A stretch of 64,000 nucleotides of DNA, from NCBI GenBank assembly GCA_965249275.1, contig CBDFLQ010000007.1:672001-736000 (forward strand). The letters run 5' to 3'. This stretch comes from Dehalococcoidia bacterium (GTDB lineage Bacteria; Chloroflexota; Dehalococcoidia; Plut-88900). Positions 19,851 to 29,932 of the stretch are shown in pieces; positions within the stretch are counted from its first letter, which is position 1, and each line of letters begins with the position of its first letter. A program made the translations under genes and the position numbers. The notes beneath the pieces are model-generated. The model saw only the letters and a list, made by a program, of their open reading frames with translations. It made no database searches and was not told the origin of the DNA.

Positions 19851-22298
19851 TTAGACCGGCATCGCCGCCTGGACGGAGGCAATGTCAAACACGATCTCGC
19901 CTTCGACTGCATCGACGGTGAGTCGTCCTCCATCTCCGATCTCGCCTGCCAGCACCTTGCGGGCCAGGGGAGTCTCCACGTAGCGCTGAACGGTTCTGCG
20001 CAGCGGCCGCGCCCCAAATGCCGGGTCGAACCCCTTCTCAGCAATCCACTCCTTGGCCCTCTCAGTCAGCTCTATGCTGATCCCTCGGTCCGACAACCGT
20101 TCCTGGACTTCCTCCACCAGCAGGTCAACTATCTGCACTATCTCTTCCCGACCCAGCGATTTGAAGATCACGATCTCGTCGATCCGGTTAAGGAACTCCG
20201 GTCTGAAATCCTGTCGCAAGGCCCGTTCTACGTTCCGTTTGATCTCCTGGTTGTCCATCCCGTTCGTGTTGGTCTTCAGGAACCCTACCGGGTCCTCCTG
20301 CACTTGGGACGTCCCCAGATTACTCGTCATTATTACCACCGTGTTGGCAAAATTCACCGTGCGGCCCTGTCCGTCGGTCAGACGACCGTCCTCAAGCAGT
20401 TGCAGAAGCACGTTGAACACGTCCGGGTGGGCCTTCTCGATCTCGTCGAATAGCAGCACTCGGTAGGGCCGTCTCCGCACGGCCTCCGTCAGCTGTCCTC
20501 CCTCATCGAAGCCAATGTAGCCAGGAGGCGCTCCGACCATCCGAGACGCCGTGTGCTTGTCCATGTACTCCGACATGTCGATCCGCACCATCGCATCTTC
20601 ATCGTCGAACAGGTACTCCGTCAGAGCACGGGCCAGTTCCGTTTTACCCACCCCCGTAGGCCCGAGGAATATGAAGCTCCCTATGGGCCGTTTCGGGTCC
20701 TTAAGCCCTGCTCTCGCCCTGCGTATCGCCTCCGAGATAGCGGTTATCGCCTCCTTCTGTCCTATCACTCTTTCCCCGAGGCTCTTCTCCAGGTTGAGCA
20801 GCCGCTCGGACTCGCCTTCCAACATGCGGGTCACAGGTATTCCTGTCATCAACGCCACGGTTTCCGCAATGTCCTCCTCATCCACGGTCCCGTCCAACTT
20901 TTCGCGCTGAAGCCATGCATCTCTCGCCTCCTCATTCTTCTCCTGCAGGGCTAGACGTTCTGCCCTCAACTCCGCAGCCCTTTGGAAGTCGTCTCTCTGG
21001 GAGGCGCTGTCTTCCTGGTCGGCCAAGTATTGCACTTCCTTCTCCATCTCCTTCAGTTCGGGCGGCGCGCCTTCCAGTTCTATCCTAAGTTTGCTCGACG
21101 CTTCGTCGATCAGGTCGATGGCCTTGTCCGGCAGGAAACGGTCGGAAACGTACCTTTGGCTCAATTTCGCCGCAGCGGAAAGGGCCGAATCCGCAATGGT
21201 GATTTTGTGATGCGCCTCGTACCTCGGCCTCAGTCCCCGAAGGATCTCTATCGCGTCCTCCACCGAAGGTTCTTCCACATAGACTGGCTGGAACCGACGC
21301 TCCAGGGCGGCGTTCTTCTCTATGTACTTCCTGTACTCATCCAGGGTCGTAGCCCCGACACACTGCAATTCACCCCTTGCCAGCGCCGGCTTGAGCATCG
21401 TGCTCGCGTCTATCGCCCCCTCCGCCGCCCCCGCCCCGACAACCTGGTGTATCTCGTCTATGAACAGGATGATCTCTCCCCCTGCCCTACGGATTTCGTC
21501 CATTACCGCCTTCAGCCGCTCTTCGAATTCGCCCCTGAACTTGCTCCCCGCCACCATCGACCCCATGTCCAGGGATATCACCTTCCGTCCCTTCATCGAG
21601 TCCGGCACGTCGCCCGCGATAATTCTCTGGGCCAGTCCCTCGGCTATGGCCGTCTTCCCAACACCCGCCTCACCTATAATCACCGGGTTGTTCTTGGTCC
21701 TACGGGTCAGGATCTGAATAACCCGCCTTATCTCCATGTCCCGCCCGATCACCGGGTCCAGTTTCCCCCGTTCCGCCTGTTCCGTCAGGTCGGTGCTGTA
21801 TTTCTGCAGAGATTGGTACCTACTTTCCGCCCTGGGATCGGTCACCCTGTGTGTGCCCCTGATCTCCTGCAGCGCCTGGTACACCTTCTCCTTTTCTATT
21901 CCGAACTCCTTGAAGATTACCGGTGAGTCTCCGTCCCTTTCCTCGACGGCCGCTACCAGCAAGTGGTCTACTCCAACAAGCTCGTCCCTTAATCGCTTCA
22001 TCTCTGACACCGCCCTATCCCGCAGCATCGATATTCTCGGCGTTATATAGATGGTCTGACTCGGGTAGACTACCGTTGGTGTCTTCGTCAGAGCCTGTCG
22101 GAATTTGCTGATCAGTTCAGTTGTGTCGGTGCCCAGATTCTCCATTATTTTGGGAACTAACCCGTCGTGCTGGTCCAGCATCGCCAGAACCAGGTGTTCG
22201 ACATCCAACTGGTTGTGCTGCATATCGCGTACAAGCGCCTCGGAAGCCCTCAAGACCTCTTGGGCCTGTTCTGTGCATTGGTCTGGTCTCATTACCAT
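19851..22298 (-). CDS. clpC: Hsp100/Clp ATPase (ClpC-type)
   Basis: Two AAA modules ([16 protein letters not shown]), short middle coiled coil, VGF putative ClpP-docking loop, 815 aa; ClpB identity not fully excluded. Confidence 0.8.
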   Translation of the reverse strand: MVMRPDQCTEQAQEVLRASEALVRDMQHNQLDVEHLVLAMLDQHDGLVPKIMENLGTDTTELISKFRQALTKTPTVVYPSQTIYITPRISMLRDRAVSEMKRLRDELVGVDHLLVAAVEERDGDSPVIFKEFGIEKEKVYQALQEIRGTHRVTDPRAESRYQSLQKYSTDLTEQAERGKLDPVIGRDMEIRRVIQILTRRTKNNPVIIGEAGVGKTAIAEGLAQRIIAGDVPDSMKGRKVISLDMGSMVAGSKFRGEFEERLKAVMDEIRRAGGEIILFIDEIHQVVGAGAAEGAIDASTMLKPALARGELQCVGATTLDEYRKYIEKNAALERRFQPVYVEEPSVEDAIEILRGLRPRYEAHHKITIADSALSAAAKLSQRYVSDRFLPDKAIDLIDEASSKLRIELEGAPPELKEMEKEVQYLADQEDSASQRDDFQRAAELRAERLALQEKNEEARDAWLQREKLDGTVDEEDIAETVALMTGIPVTRMLEGESERLLNLEKSLGERVIGQKEAITAISEAIRRARAGLKDPKRPIGSFIFLGPTGVGKTELARALTEYLFDDEDAMVRIDMSEYMDKHTASRMVGAPPGYIGFDEGGQLTEAVRRRPYRVLLFDEIEKAHPDVFNVLLQLLEDGRLTDGQGRTVNFANTVVIMTSNLGTSQVQEDPVGFLKTNTNGMDNQEIKRNVERALRQDFRPEFLNRIDEIVIFKSLGREEIVQIVDLLVEEVQERLSDRGISIELTERAKEWIAEKGFDPAFGARPLRRTVQRYVETPLARKVLAGEIGDGGRLTVDAVEGEIVFDIASVQAAMPV

Positions 22299-22669
22299 TC
22301 TTCACCCCCTGAATCCCGACCGTCTGTTTTTCTTGCCGAGCGGTCGCCCAGGCCCCGAGACCCGGTCATCAGCCGATTCAGTTCCTCTTTTACCGCATTC
22401 AGCTCGTTCTGCATGTCCAGCATTCGCCTGGACATCCTCATAATCACGTCAACTCCCGCCAGGTTCACCCCCAGGTCTTCGATCAATGACCGTATTCTCT
22501 GAAGGTGTGCCACGTCCTTAGCCGAGTAAAACCGCATGTTCCCCCCCGACCTGGACGGCTTGATAAGTCCGGCTCTTTCGTAGTAGCGCAACGTCTGCAC
22601 GTGTACGCCCACCATCCGCGCCGCTATGCTTATCACGTAGCGCGGCTCCGATTCGTCATGGAGGTTCAC
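22292..22669 (-). CDS. hspR: HspR-like MerR-family heat-shock repressor
   Basis: [31 protein letters not shown]; lies between dnaJ and clp. Confidence 0.88.
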   Translation of the reverse strand: MNLHDESEPRYVISIAARMVGVHVQTLRYYERAGLIKPSRSGGNMRFYSAKDVAHLQRIRSLIEDLGVNLAGVDVIMRMSRRMLDMQNELNAVKEELNRLMTGSRGLGDRSARKTDGRDSGGEEW

Positions 22670-23589
22670 GCTGCCCCCTTCCCGCCTGCTAGTTCTTTCA
22701 ATTGCTCTACTAGTTTCGACTCTGCCTCCGACAACTCCGTCGGCAACGTTACCTTCACTGTCGCGTACGCATCCCCATCTCCCGACTGCCCATAAATGGG
22801 CATTCCCCTGCCTTTCAACCGGAAACTCTGTCCGTTCTGTGTCCCTTTGGGAAGTTTCAGAGCAACCGAGCCTTTTAAGGTCTGTACAGGAATCTCCCCG
22901 CCCAGCATCGCGTCGTATAGAGAGACCGGAGTCTCGACGTGAACATCGTTCCCGACTCTATTGAACCGGTCGTGCGGTAATACGTTGATCGAAAAAATAA
23001 TCTCTCCACCCCCCACCCCGGGACGCCCCTTGTCCGGGTCCACCGACATCTGAAAACCGGTCCACACCCCCGGCGGCACCTTTACCTCCAGCCTACGTTT
23101 CCTGCCATCGGCCCCCGACATCTCAACAAGCCTGGTAGTTCCCCGATAAGCCTCTTCCAGGGTCACATCCAACTTGTGTTCTCTGGGAGCAGCGTGTACC
23201 CGAGTGAAAGGAGCCCCTCCGGCAGGTCCTCTGCCTCTGCGTCCCATGAAACTCTGGAGTATCTCGTCCAGCGGCTCCCCCCCGAACCCGAAAGCCGATG
23301 GCCCGCCGTCGCCTTTAGAGAAAGACCACGTCCGGGTTACCCCATCGCCGTTGCCCCAGCCCCCACCTTTGAACCTCCGTCCTCCTTCATCATAGTCTCG
23401 GCGCCCCTCCGGGTCGGAAAGCGTCTGGTACGCCTCGTTCACTTCCTTGAACTTCTCCGCCGCATCCGCCATACCAGGGTTCACGTCCGGGTGGTACTTC
23501 CGAGCCAGCTTCCTGAAAGCGCGCCGAAGCTCCTCTTGCGAGGCATCCTTCTTGATGCCTAGGACATCGTAATAGCTCCGTTTCGCCAT
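22666..23589 (-). CDS. DnaJ/CbpA-type co-chaperone without zinc finger
   Basis: J domain HPD, G/F region, DnaJ_C; no CxxCxGxG repeats. Confidence 0.92.
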   Translation of the reverse strand: MAKRSYYDVLGIKKDASQEELRRAFRKLARKYHPDVNPGMADAAEKFKEVNEAYQTLSDPEGRRDYDEGGRRFKGGGWGNGDGVTRTWSFSKGDGGPSAFGFGGEPLDEILQSFMGRRGRGPAGGAPFTRVHAAPREHKLDVTLEEAYRGTTRLVEMSGADGRKRRLEVKVPPGVWTGFQMSVDPDKGRPGVGGGEIIFSINVLPHDRFNRVGNDVHVETPVSLYDAMLGGEIPVQTLKGSVALKLPKGTQNGQSFRLKGRGMPIYGQSGDGDAYATVKVTLPTELSEAESKLVEQLKELAGGKGAA

Positions 23590-23623
23590 CTGGTGTGTTC
23601 CTTGCCTTTTCCAGTGCAGCTAT

Positions 23624-23652
23624 ATGTTAAGTCCTGTCACTTTCTCTGTCAA
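23624..23652 (-). promoter_or_regulatory. Sigma70 promoter of dnaJ-hspR-clpC
   Basis: Minus-strand TTGACA-17nt-TAACAT. Confidence 0.65.
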
Positions 23653-23681
23653 CGTCTTTATCAACTACTTAGTAAGCACCC

Positions 23682-23710
23682 TTGACAATGCCTTAGTTAA
23701 TTTCTATGAT
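23682..23710 (+). promoter_or_regulatory. Sigma70 promoter of small ORF-hsp20
   Basis: TTGACA-17nt-TATGAT. Confidence 0.75.
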
Positions 23711-23752
23711 ATCACCATAGTTGATAACGTCATTGTAGGAAGGAGGTTTCAA

Positions 23753-23884
23753 ATGGCCGTCAAGAGAGCCGGACGCAATCAGGTCACAGCGCAGTCCCCC
23801 GGGACCCGAGGGCCTCTCACCACACTCCTCGGCATTCTGGGAGCCGTTGCTCAGACCACCGGGATCGGGATCAGATTCTTTTAG
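23753..23884 (+). CDS. Small 43-aa hypothetical protein (MAVKRAGRNQ...GIGIRFF)
   Basis: Perfect AGGAGGT SD 5-6 nt before ATG, immediately downstream of a canonical promoter. Confidence 0.55.
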   Translation: MAVKRAGRNQVTAQSPGTRGPLTTLLGILGAVAQTTGIGIRFF

Positions 23885-23957
23885 GAAATGCGGTGGGGGG
23901 CCCGTGGCCCCCCATCAGCCAGGAAAAGCTAAGTAGCACTCAAAAGGAGGAACAAGC

Positions 23958-24413
23958 ATGAACGCTATAGTACGACGGGACCCGCTTGCAGGAATGAACG
24001 GCATGAAGAGGTTTATGGATCGATTCTTCGATGACCGATTCTTCGGAATCCACAGGTACTCCGCCCCGACTCATCAGGCCAACCTCATGCCCATCGACGT
24101 TACCACCGATGACAAGCAGGTTGTCATCCAGGCCTCCCTCCCCGGCCTCAAACCCGAGGATGTCAACGTCTCGGTAGAAGACAACCGCCTCACCATTGAA
24201 GGTGAGACCCATTCCACCGAGGAGAACGAGAACGAAAGGTACGTCATCCGGGAGCGGCGCTCCGGGGCATTCCATAGGAGCCTGACCCTGCCCCAGGGGC
24301 TCGAAGAGGACAATATCGAGGCCCGCTTCGAAAACGGCGTCCTCACCCTCACCGTCCCCCGTACCGTCGAGGTCAAGCCCAAGGCCAAGACCATCGAGAT
24401 CAAGACCGGCTAG
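23958..24413 (+). CDS. Hsp20/alpha-crystallin small heat-shock protein
   Basis: LPGLKPEDVNV, ERRSGAFHRSLTLP, ARFENGVLTLTVP; AGGAGG RBS. Confidence 0.96.
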   Translation: MNAIVRRDPLAGMNGMKRFMDRFFDDRFFGIHRYSAPTHQANLMPIDVTTDDKQVVIQASLPGLKPEDVNVSVEDNRLTIEGETHSTEENENERYVIRERRSGAFHRSLTLPQGLEEDNIEARFENGVLTLTVPRTVEVKPKAKTIEIKTG

Positions 24414-24439
24414 CCCCCGGACCAATCTCGCCCCCATGC

Positions 24440-24475
24440 TCACGGGCAGGTTCTAAGCCTGCCCGTGACTCTTTT
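24440..24475 (+). terminator. Intrinsic terminator after hsp20
   Basis: TCACGGGCAGG/CCTGCCCGTGA stem followed by CTCTTTT. Confidence 0.7.
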
Positions 24476-24477
24476 CC

Positions 24478-24506
24478 TTGACATACCCCCTACCCCTTGC
24501 TAGCAT
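24478..24506 (+). promoter_or_regulatory. Sigma70 promoter of the thrC-like operon
   Basis: TTGACA-17nt-TAGCAT with extended TG. Confidence 0.6.
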
Positions 24507-24610
24507 CTAGCACGGATTTCACCTATAAATCAGAGACCGCTTGGAAAGCGTCCGCTCCTACGCCCATCAGCCACTGACTCGCCCACCGGCCCGTAAAACG
24601 GTAATCCAAC

Positions 24611-25861
24611 ATGTCTAACGCCATCGCGCTAAGATGCAAAGAGTGCGGCAAGGAATACCCCCTTGACCCCATGAACGTATGCGAGTGGTGCTTCGGCCCC
24701 GTCGAAGTCGTATACGACTATGCAGCCGTCGCTCGAACTTTCAATAGAGAGAGCGTGGAGGCCGGGCCACTCTCCATGTGGCGCTACAAGGACCTCCTGC
24801 CCGTCAACGGCAACATCGTAGATTTGGGCACCGGCTATACACCCCTCCTGAAAGCCGACAACCTGGGTAGGGAGCTGGGCCTCGACAACCTCTACATCAA
24901 GAACGACTGCGGGAACCCTACCCACTCCTTCAAGGACAGGGTCGTCGGCGTCGCCTCCACCAAGGCTCGGGAGTTCGGCTTCGACACCATTGCCTGCGCC
25001 TCTACCGGCAACCTCGCCGGCAGTGTCGCCGCCCACGCCGCCCGAGCCGGCCTGAAAGCCTACGTCTTCATCCCCGCCGACCTCGAAGTAGGCAAGGTAG
25101 TGTCCGCTGCCATTTATGGCCCCACCCTAGTCGCCGTCAAGGGCAACTATGATGAGGTCAACAGGCTCTGCAGTGAGCTCGCCGACAAATACCAATGGGC
25201 CTTCGCCAATATAAATATGCGCCCCTACTACTCCGAGGGCTCCAAGACCCTCGGATTCGAAGTAGTAGAGCAGCTCGGCTGGCGCTGCCCCGACTGGGCC
25301 GTGGTACCCGCCGCTTCCGGCTCTCTCTATACCAAGATCTGGAAGGGCATGAACGAGCTCGCCGAGGTCGGCCTCACCGACGTACCCCACACCAAGATGG
25401 CCGTCGCCCAGGCTCGAGGCTGCTCTCCCATCATCACCGCCTACGAAGAAAACCGCATGGACATCAAGCCCGTGCGGCCCAATACCCTTGCCAAATCCCT
25501 CGCAATCGGCAATCCCGCCGACGGCTACTATGCCCTCAAGACCATCAAGGAGACCGGCGGTGCGGGCGTCGCTTCCACCGACCCAGAAGTCGTCGAAGGC
25601 ATGTCCCTCCTTGGCCGCACCGAGGGCATCTTCACCGAGACTGCCGGCGGCGTCACCATCGCCGGCCTAAAGAAGCTTGCCGCCTCCGGCACAATCAAAC
25701 GCGGAGATCTAACCGTAGCCTATATTACCGGCTCGGGCCTCAAGACCCAGGAGCCCGTACAATCCCTCATCGACCCCGTTACCATAGATCCAACTATCAT
25801 CTCTTTCGAGGACGCCCTGGAGGCCCGTGGGAACGGCATCCGCGCTACTGCTAACGCCTAG
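24611..25861 (+). CDS. thrC: Threonine synthase family PLP enzyme with N-terminal Zn ribbon
   Basis: CxxC..CxxC, NPTHSFKDR, CASTGN, EGSKT, YITGSGLK; may be a sulfur-carrier-dependent paralog. Confidence 0.8.
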   Translation: MSNAIALRCKECGKEYPLDPMNVCEWCFGPVEVVYDYAAVARTFNRESVEAGPLSMWRYKDLLPVNGNIVDLGTGYTPLLKADNLGRELGLDNLYIKNDCGNPTHSFKDRVVGVASTKAREFGFDTIACASTGNLAGSVAAHAARAGLKAYVFIPADLEVGKVVSAAIYGPTLVAVKGNYDEVNRLCSELADKYQWAFANINMRPYYSEGSKTLGFEVVEQLGWRCPDWAVVPAASGSLYTKIWKGMNELAEVGLTDVPHTKMAVAQARGCSPIITAYEENRMDIKPVRPNTLAKSLAIGNPADGYYALKTIKETGGAGVASTDPEVVEGMSLLGRTEGIFTETAGGVTIAGLKKLAASGTIKRGDLTVAYITGSGLKTQEPVQSLIDPVTIDPTIISFEDALEARGNGIRATANA

Positions 25862-25882
25862 CCGACCCCAAGAGGACTCGAC

Positions 25883-26125
25883 ATGGTAAAGATGAAAGCC
25901 AGGTTCACCTTCCCCACGGACCTCGTCACCGAGCCCGTTATATACGGCCTTGGCAAGAATTTCGACGTCATTACCAACATCCGCCGCGCTGACGTCACCG
26001 AGACCCAAGGCTGGGTCATCCTCGAACTTGAGGGCGAAGAAGAGCAGATTAATCGCGGCCTCGCCTGGGTCTCCGAGACCGGCGTCCGAGTCGACCCCAT
26101 AGTCGGCGATATTGTAGAAGGTTAA
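25883..26125 (+). CDS. NIL domain protein
   Basis: EPVIY..FDVITNIRRADV...GWVILELEG pattern. Confidence 0.8.
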   Translation: MVKMKARFTFPTDLVTEPVIYGLGKNFDVITNIRRADVTETQGWVILELEGEEEQINRGLAWVSETGVRVDPIVGDIVEG

Positions 26126-26183
26126 TTTAGCCCCTATCCTGACGACATTAGATTCGCGGAATAGTACTTAGGAGGTCCCTTAA

Positions 26184-26459
26184 ATGAGCGTCAGCCTTAA
26201 GATCCCTACGCCCCTTCGCCGTATGACCAACGGAGAGAGCAGTGCCACCGTTGAAGGGACGAACATCATGGAGTGTATAGACTCGCTCGACGCACTTCAC
26301 CCGGGGATCAAGGCCCGACTCGTCGCCGACAGCGGGGAACTCCACCGATTCGTCAACGTCTACGTCAACGGCGAGGACATTCGCTTCAAGGACGGCATCA
26401 CCACCGCCGTCAACAGCGGCGACGAGGTCAGCATCGTCCCTGCCGTCGCAGGCGGCTAG
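26184..26459 (+). CDS. MoaD/ThiS/CysO-family sulfur carrier protein
   Basis: IPTPLR, FVNVYVNGEDIR, C-terminal PAVAGG; AGGAGG RBS. Confidence 0.93.
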   Translation: MSVSLKIPTPLRRMTNGESSATVEGTNIMECIDSLDALHPGIKARLVADSGELHRFVNVYVNGEDIRFKDGITTAVNSGDEVSIVPAVAGG

Positions 26460-26483
26460 ACCCCCGGCCTCCGACCCCATTCC

Positions 26484-26660
26484 GTCATTCCTGCCCCCGC
26501 AGGAATCCATCCCTCTCAGTTCTTCTTGGGTGACGCCTTTGCCTAACCCTATCGGAGAGCTTGGCGGGCGTCCTACATCCCCTACTGGTCGAGACATTTG
26601 CGTAACCAGTGTTGGAGGGGCGGGGGCCGCTCGTGCTGAGGCTCTCGAAGTATGAGCGGG
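26484..26660. repeat. Intergenic REP cluster: family A (26484-26513) and family C (26623-26660)
   Basis: Same order and motifs as 5203-5300. Confidence 0.8.
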
Positions 26661-26823
26661 GGGGGTTAGGTGATCTGGATAGCACTAAAGATGCAATCTG
26701 AAGTCACAAAAAGGTGCCTTGATGGTGGAGGGCTAGGGGCTAAGACTCGCCGAGGCTAGCGAGGGTGATCCGAGGGTGAGCAATCGGCAAAGCTCACAGT
26801 CTCGCAATGGTCCGTTCATATTA

Positions 26824-26870
26824 GAAATGCAAAGGCCGGATGCTCGATGAGCATCCGGCCTTTGCATTTC
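26824..26870. terminator. Perfect 22-bp hairpin between convergent genes
   Basis: GAAATGCAAAGGCCGGATGCTC-GAT-GAGCATCCGGCCTTTGCATTTC. Confidence 0.7.
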
Positions 26871-26902
26871 ACCTGGTCGGTTCGGAGTCCGAGATTTGGG
26901 TT

Positions 26903-28096
26903 CTAGGAAGCCGCTATCGGCGCCCTCGCCGACTCCCGCTGGAACCGAGGTATGACCCTTTCATTGAACAGTTCCAGGCTGTGGTACACCGTCTCGAACG
27001 GCACGAAACCCGGGTTAGGCCACAGCGTAACGTGCTGGCAGTCTAACTCCTCCTGCAGCTTCGCAATCTTCTCCGCTACATAGTCCGGAGACCCGATCCA
27101 CGTTATTTCCTTCTCCTGCGCGAAGTCGAACCAGTCCATGTTCAACTCGTCGTTGGTTAGCTCTTCATCCACCGCCGCTGAGCCTGTTCGCCCCCATCTG
27201 TCGTTTATCCCCACGGCAGCCCTGAAGAACGCATTCACCCCCGGTCTTGCCTCTTTCTCTGCCTGCTCCTGAGTCTCGGCTACGTGGGTTAGCCTCATGA
27301 CATTCAGGCTCTTTCCGTCCGGGGTTCTCGCAAAAGGTATGTTCCCTCCGAATGCCTTGGACGCCGCCACCTGATACGCGTTCCACGCCTCCCTGACTCC
27401 GTCGAAGGTCCGGCCCACCGTCGTCGTGCATATCCCCCGAGTCCCGGCAAACGTGTACGAGCTTGTGCTGTCTGCAGCCTGGTATATCGGCGGGCGAGGC
27501 TTCTGGTACGGCTTCGGCATCACGTGCAGACCTATCAGCTCACCGTCCGGGCCAAAGTGACTCGAGTCCCCGGCGTATATGGTCGGGTCTTTCTCCTTCC
27601 ACCCTGGGACCGGGTACGTGTAAAAACGGCCCTCGTGGCTGAAGGCTCCATCTCCCCAAGCCTTTAGGAGAATGTCCAGCGTCTCGCTGAACAGCGCGTA
27701 GTTCGTCTCCCTGTCCCGCCTGTTGGCATTCACGTTGAACTGGATGCTAGCGGTGCTGTCCGTCCCCCGAGCTATACCCACGTCCAGCCGACCCTTCGTC
27801 ATGTTGTCCAGCATCGCCAGCTCTTCCGCCAGCCTGATCGGGTTCCAGTCGGGCAGAATGCAAGCTGTCTGCCCGACCCGAATCCTCTCCGTCAGCCCAG
27901 CGAAGAAGGTGCAAACTTGCACTGGATTCGGCGCCGCCACCGGCCACCCGCTGTACCAGAAGTGGTGCTCACCCACCCAGACCCCCGTGAAGTCGGTCTG
28001 GTCGTACAGAAGGGCGGTCTCCTTCCACTCTTCCATCAGTTTGTCGGCCGGGTATTGCTCTACTTCGTGATAGTAGATGTTGCTGTCGAAGCGCAT
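26903..28096 (-). CDS. LLM-class flavin-dependent oxidoreductase (luciferase-like)
   Basis: WVGEHHF, NPIRLAEELAMLD, GRLDVGIARG, PKPYQKPRPP. Confidence 0.9.
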   Translation of the reverse strand: MRFDSNIYYHEVEQYPADKLMEEWKETALLYDQTDFTGVWVGEHHFWYSGWPVAAPNPVQVCTFFAGLTERIRVGQTACILPDWNPIRLAEELAMLDNMTKGRLDVGIARGTDSTASIQFNVNANRRDRETNYALFSETLDILLKAWGDGAFSHEGRFYTYPVPGWKEKDPTIYAGDSSHFGPDGELIGLHVMPKPYQKPRPPIYQAADSTSSYTFAGTRGICTTTVGRTFDGVREAWNAYQVAASKAFGGNIPFARTPDGKSLNVMRLTHVAETQEQAEKEARPGVNAFFRAAVGINDRWGRTGSAAVDEELTNDELNMDWFDFAQEKEITWIGSPDYVAEKIAKLQEELDCQHVTLWPNPGFVPFETVYHSLELFNERVIPRFQRESARAPIAAS

Positions 28097-28185
28097 ATCT
28101 CCTCCAGGTGTGCCGGACTACTTTACCGAGAGCCGCGCACCGCCGACACCGTAGTCGTGATTATAACCCAACCCCGGCCCCCGGC

Positions 28186-29919
28186 TCAGTACCCCCGTGC
28201 CTCCGCCCGACGCAATACGTCCGCCCCTCCCCGCAGCCTCCCCGACTCCTCGTCAATCAGCACGCCCACAGGCCGGGCAAAGCTGTGATTGGCATAATCT
28301 TCCGGCCCAACCACCATCCGGTGACCTCGAGCCTTTAACCCCTCCACAACATCCGGGGCAATGGCCTCACCGTACAGCGTGTCCAACCCACTGGCATCCA
28401 CCCTAGGCGCCGCTATCGCATCCTGCATCCCCATCCCGAAGTCCACTACGTTCATCACCACCTGCGTCACCGCGTTGATGATCTTCCTGCCGCCCGGGGC
28501 CCCGACTGTCATAAAGGGGCGCCCGTCCTTCAGCACCAGCACCGGCGACATGTTTACCAGAGGCCTCTTCCACCCTGATATCGAGTTCGCCCGGCCGGGG
28601 CTCGGGTTGAACCACAACATCCCGTCCGCCAGTATCACCCCCGTGCCTCGACACGCGATCATCGACCCGAAAGAGTTCACAACAGTGTGCGTACACGACA
28701 CTATGTTCCGGTCCTTGTCGATTACGCTCAAGTGCGTCGTGCTTGACTTGGGCGAAGGCCCCGACATCTCGTTCTTCTCCCCTTCCTCTCCCGGGTCGAA
28801 GGCCCACGGGTCGTGGATCGCCGTATCAGCATAGGCCAGCCACGGCGGGGTATTTCCATCGGGTTCCAGCCTTGCATTCACCCTGTCCATCTCGGCTGCC
28901 AGCGCCGCCCCGTATCCCGCAGACAGCAGGCCCCTGAGTGGAACGGACACGAACTCGGGATCTCCAAGGAACCGGTACCTGTCTGCAAATGCATGCCGAG
29001 TCGCCTCTATGAACAGGTGCAGCGCCTCCGCGCTATTGTGCCCTCGTGCCCCGAGGTCTAGGTTGTTCAGCACCGATAAAGTCTCCAGTGCCGTCGTCCC
29101 ACCGTTCACTGCCCTCGCCGCGAGCACCGTGTGCCCCCGATAAGTGATCGATACCGGCTCGACTTCCTCCGCCCGGTAGTTCTCCAGGTCCTCTCTGGAC
29201 AGGATACCCCCGCTCGATTGCACATCGCTGGCGATGGCGTCCGCAATGTCGCCGAGATAGAAAGCCTTGGCCCCCGACTTCGCCACCGCCCGAAGCGTCT
29301 GCCCCAGGTCCTTCTGCACCAGCCTCGACCCCACGGTAGGAGGAAATCCTCCATTCAAGAGAAGCCCCGATATCCCCGGATATCTGACTAGCCGCTCCAT
29401 CTCATCGGCTATCGACATCGCCGTGTACCAGTCCACCTCGAATCCCTGCTCCGCGTGGTGGATGGCCGGCTCCATCACCTGCTCCAGCGGCAGCGACCCA
29501 TACTTGCTGTGGGCCATGCAAAAGCCCGCTACGGTACCCGGTACGCTGGCCGACTTCGGACCGATTATGTTCTCCGAGTTGGCAACACTCTGCAGTCCTA
29601 TGTCCAGGATCGCCGAGTCCTCCACCGTGTACATCTCCGGCCCCGCCGCCCCCGGCGCCCGAGGACTGAATTCTATGACCACCGACTTCCCCTCTTGGGC
29701 CAGGTGCACCAGCATGAACCCGCACCCCCCGATGGTAGTCATCATCGGCTCCACCACGCACGCAGTGAAACCCGTCGCCACCGCCGCATCCACCGCGTTG
29801 CCGCCCTTCTTCAACATCTCCAGCCCCGCCTCCGACGATAGGGGATGGTTCGCAGTAACCACACCGTTCTCGGCGACAACTTCGTCCTTGCTGACTCTAA
29901 GCCTGCTGCTCAATGACAT
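28186..29919 (-). CDS. ggt: Gamma-glutamyltransferase family protein
   Basis: GGNAVDAAVA, VPGTVAG, TTHLSVID (catalytic Thr), GAPGG. Confidence 0.92.
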   Translation of the reverse strand: MSLSSRLRVSKDEVVAENGVVTANHPLSSEAGLEMLKKGGNAVDAAVATGFTACVVEPMMTTIGGCGFMLVHLAQEGKSVVIEFSPRAPGAAGPEMYTVEDSAILDIGLQSVANSENIIGPKSASVPGTVAGFCMAHSKYGSLPLEQVMEPAIHHAEQGFEVDWYTAMSIADEMERLVRYPGISGLLLNGGFPPTVGSRLVQKDLGQTLRAVAKSGAKAFYLGDIADAIASDVQSSGGILSREDLENYRAEEVEPVSITYRGHTVLAARAVNGGTTALETLSVLNNLDLGARGHNSAEALHLFIEATRHAFADRYRFLGDPEFVSVPLRGLLSAGYGAALAAEMDRVNARLEPDGNTPPWLAYADTAIHDPWAFDPGEEGEKNEMSGPSPKSSTTHLSVIDKDRNIVSCTHTVVNSFGSMIACRGTGVILADGMLWFNPSPGRANSISGWKRPLVNMSPVLVLKDGRPFMTVGAPGGRKIINAVTQVVMNVVDFGMGMQDAIAAPRVDASGLDTLYGEAIAPDVVEGLKARGHRMVVGPEDYANHSFARPVGVLIDEESGRLRGGADVLRRAEARGY

Positions 29920-29932
29920 CCGGTCTGGCCTC

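Noticed and set aside
23930-23945. CIRCE element before hsp20
   Set aside because: Only a half site (TAGCACTC) with no GAGTGCTAA partner
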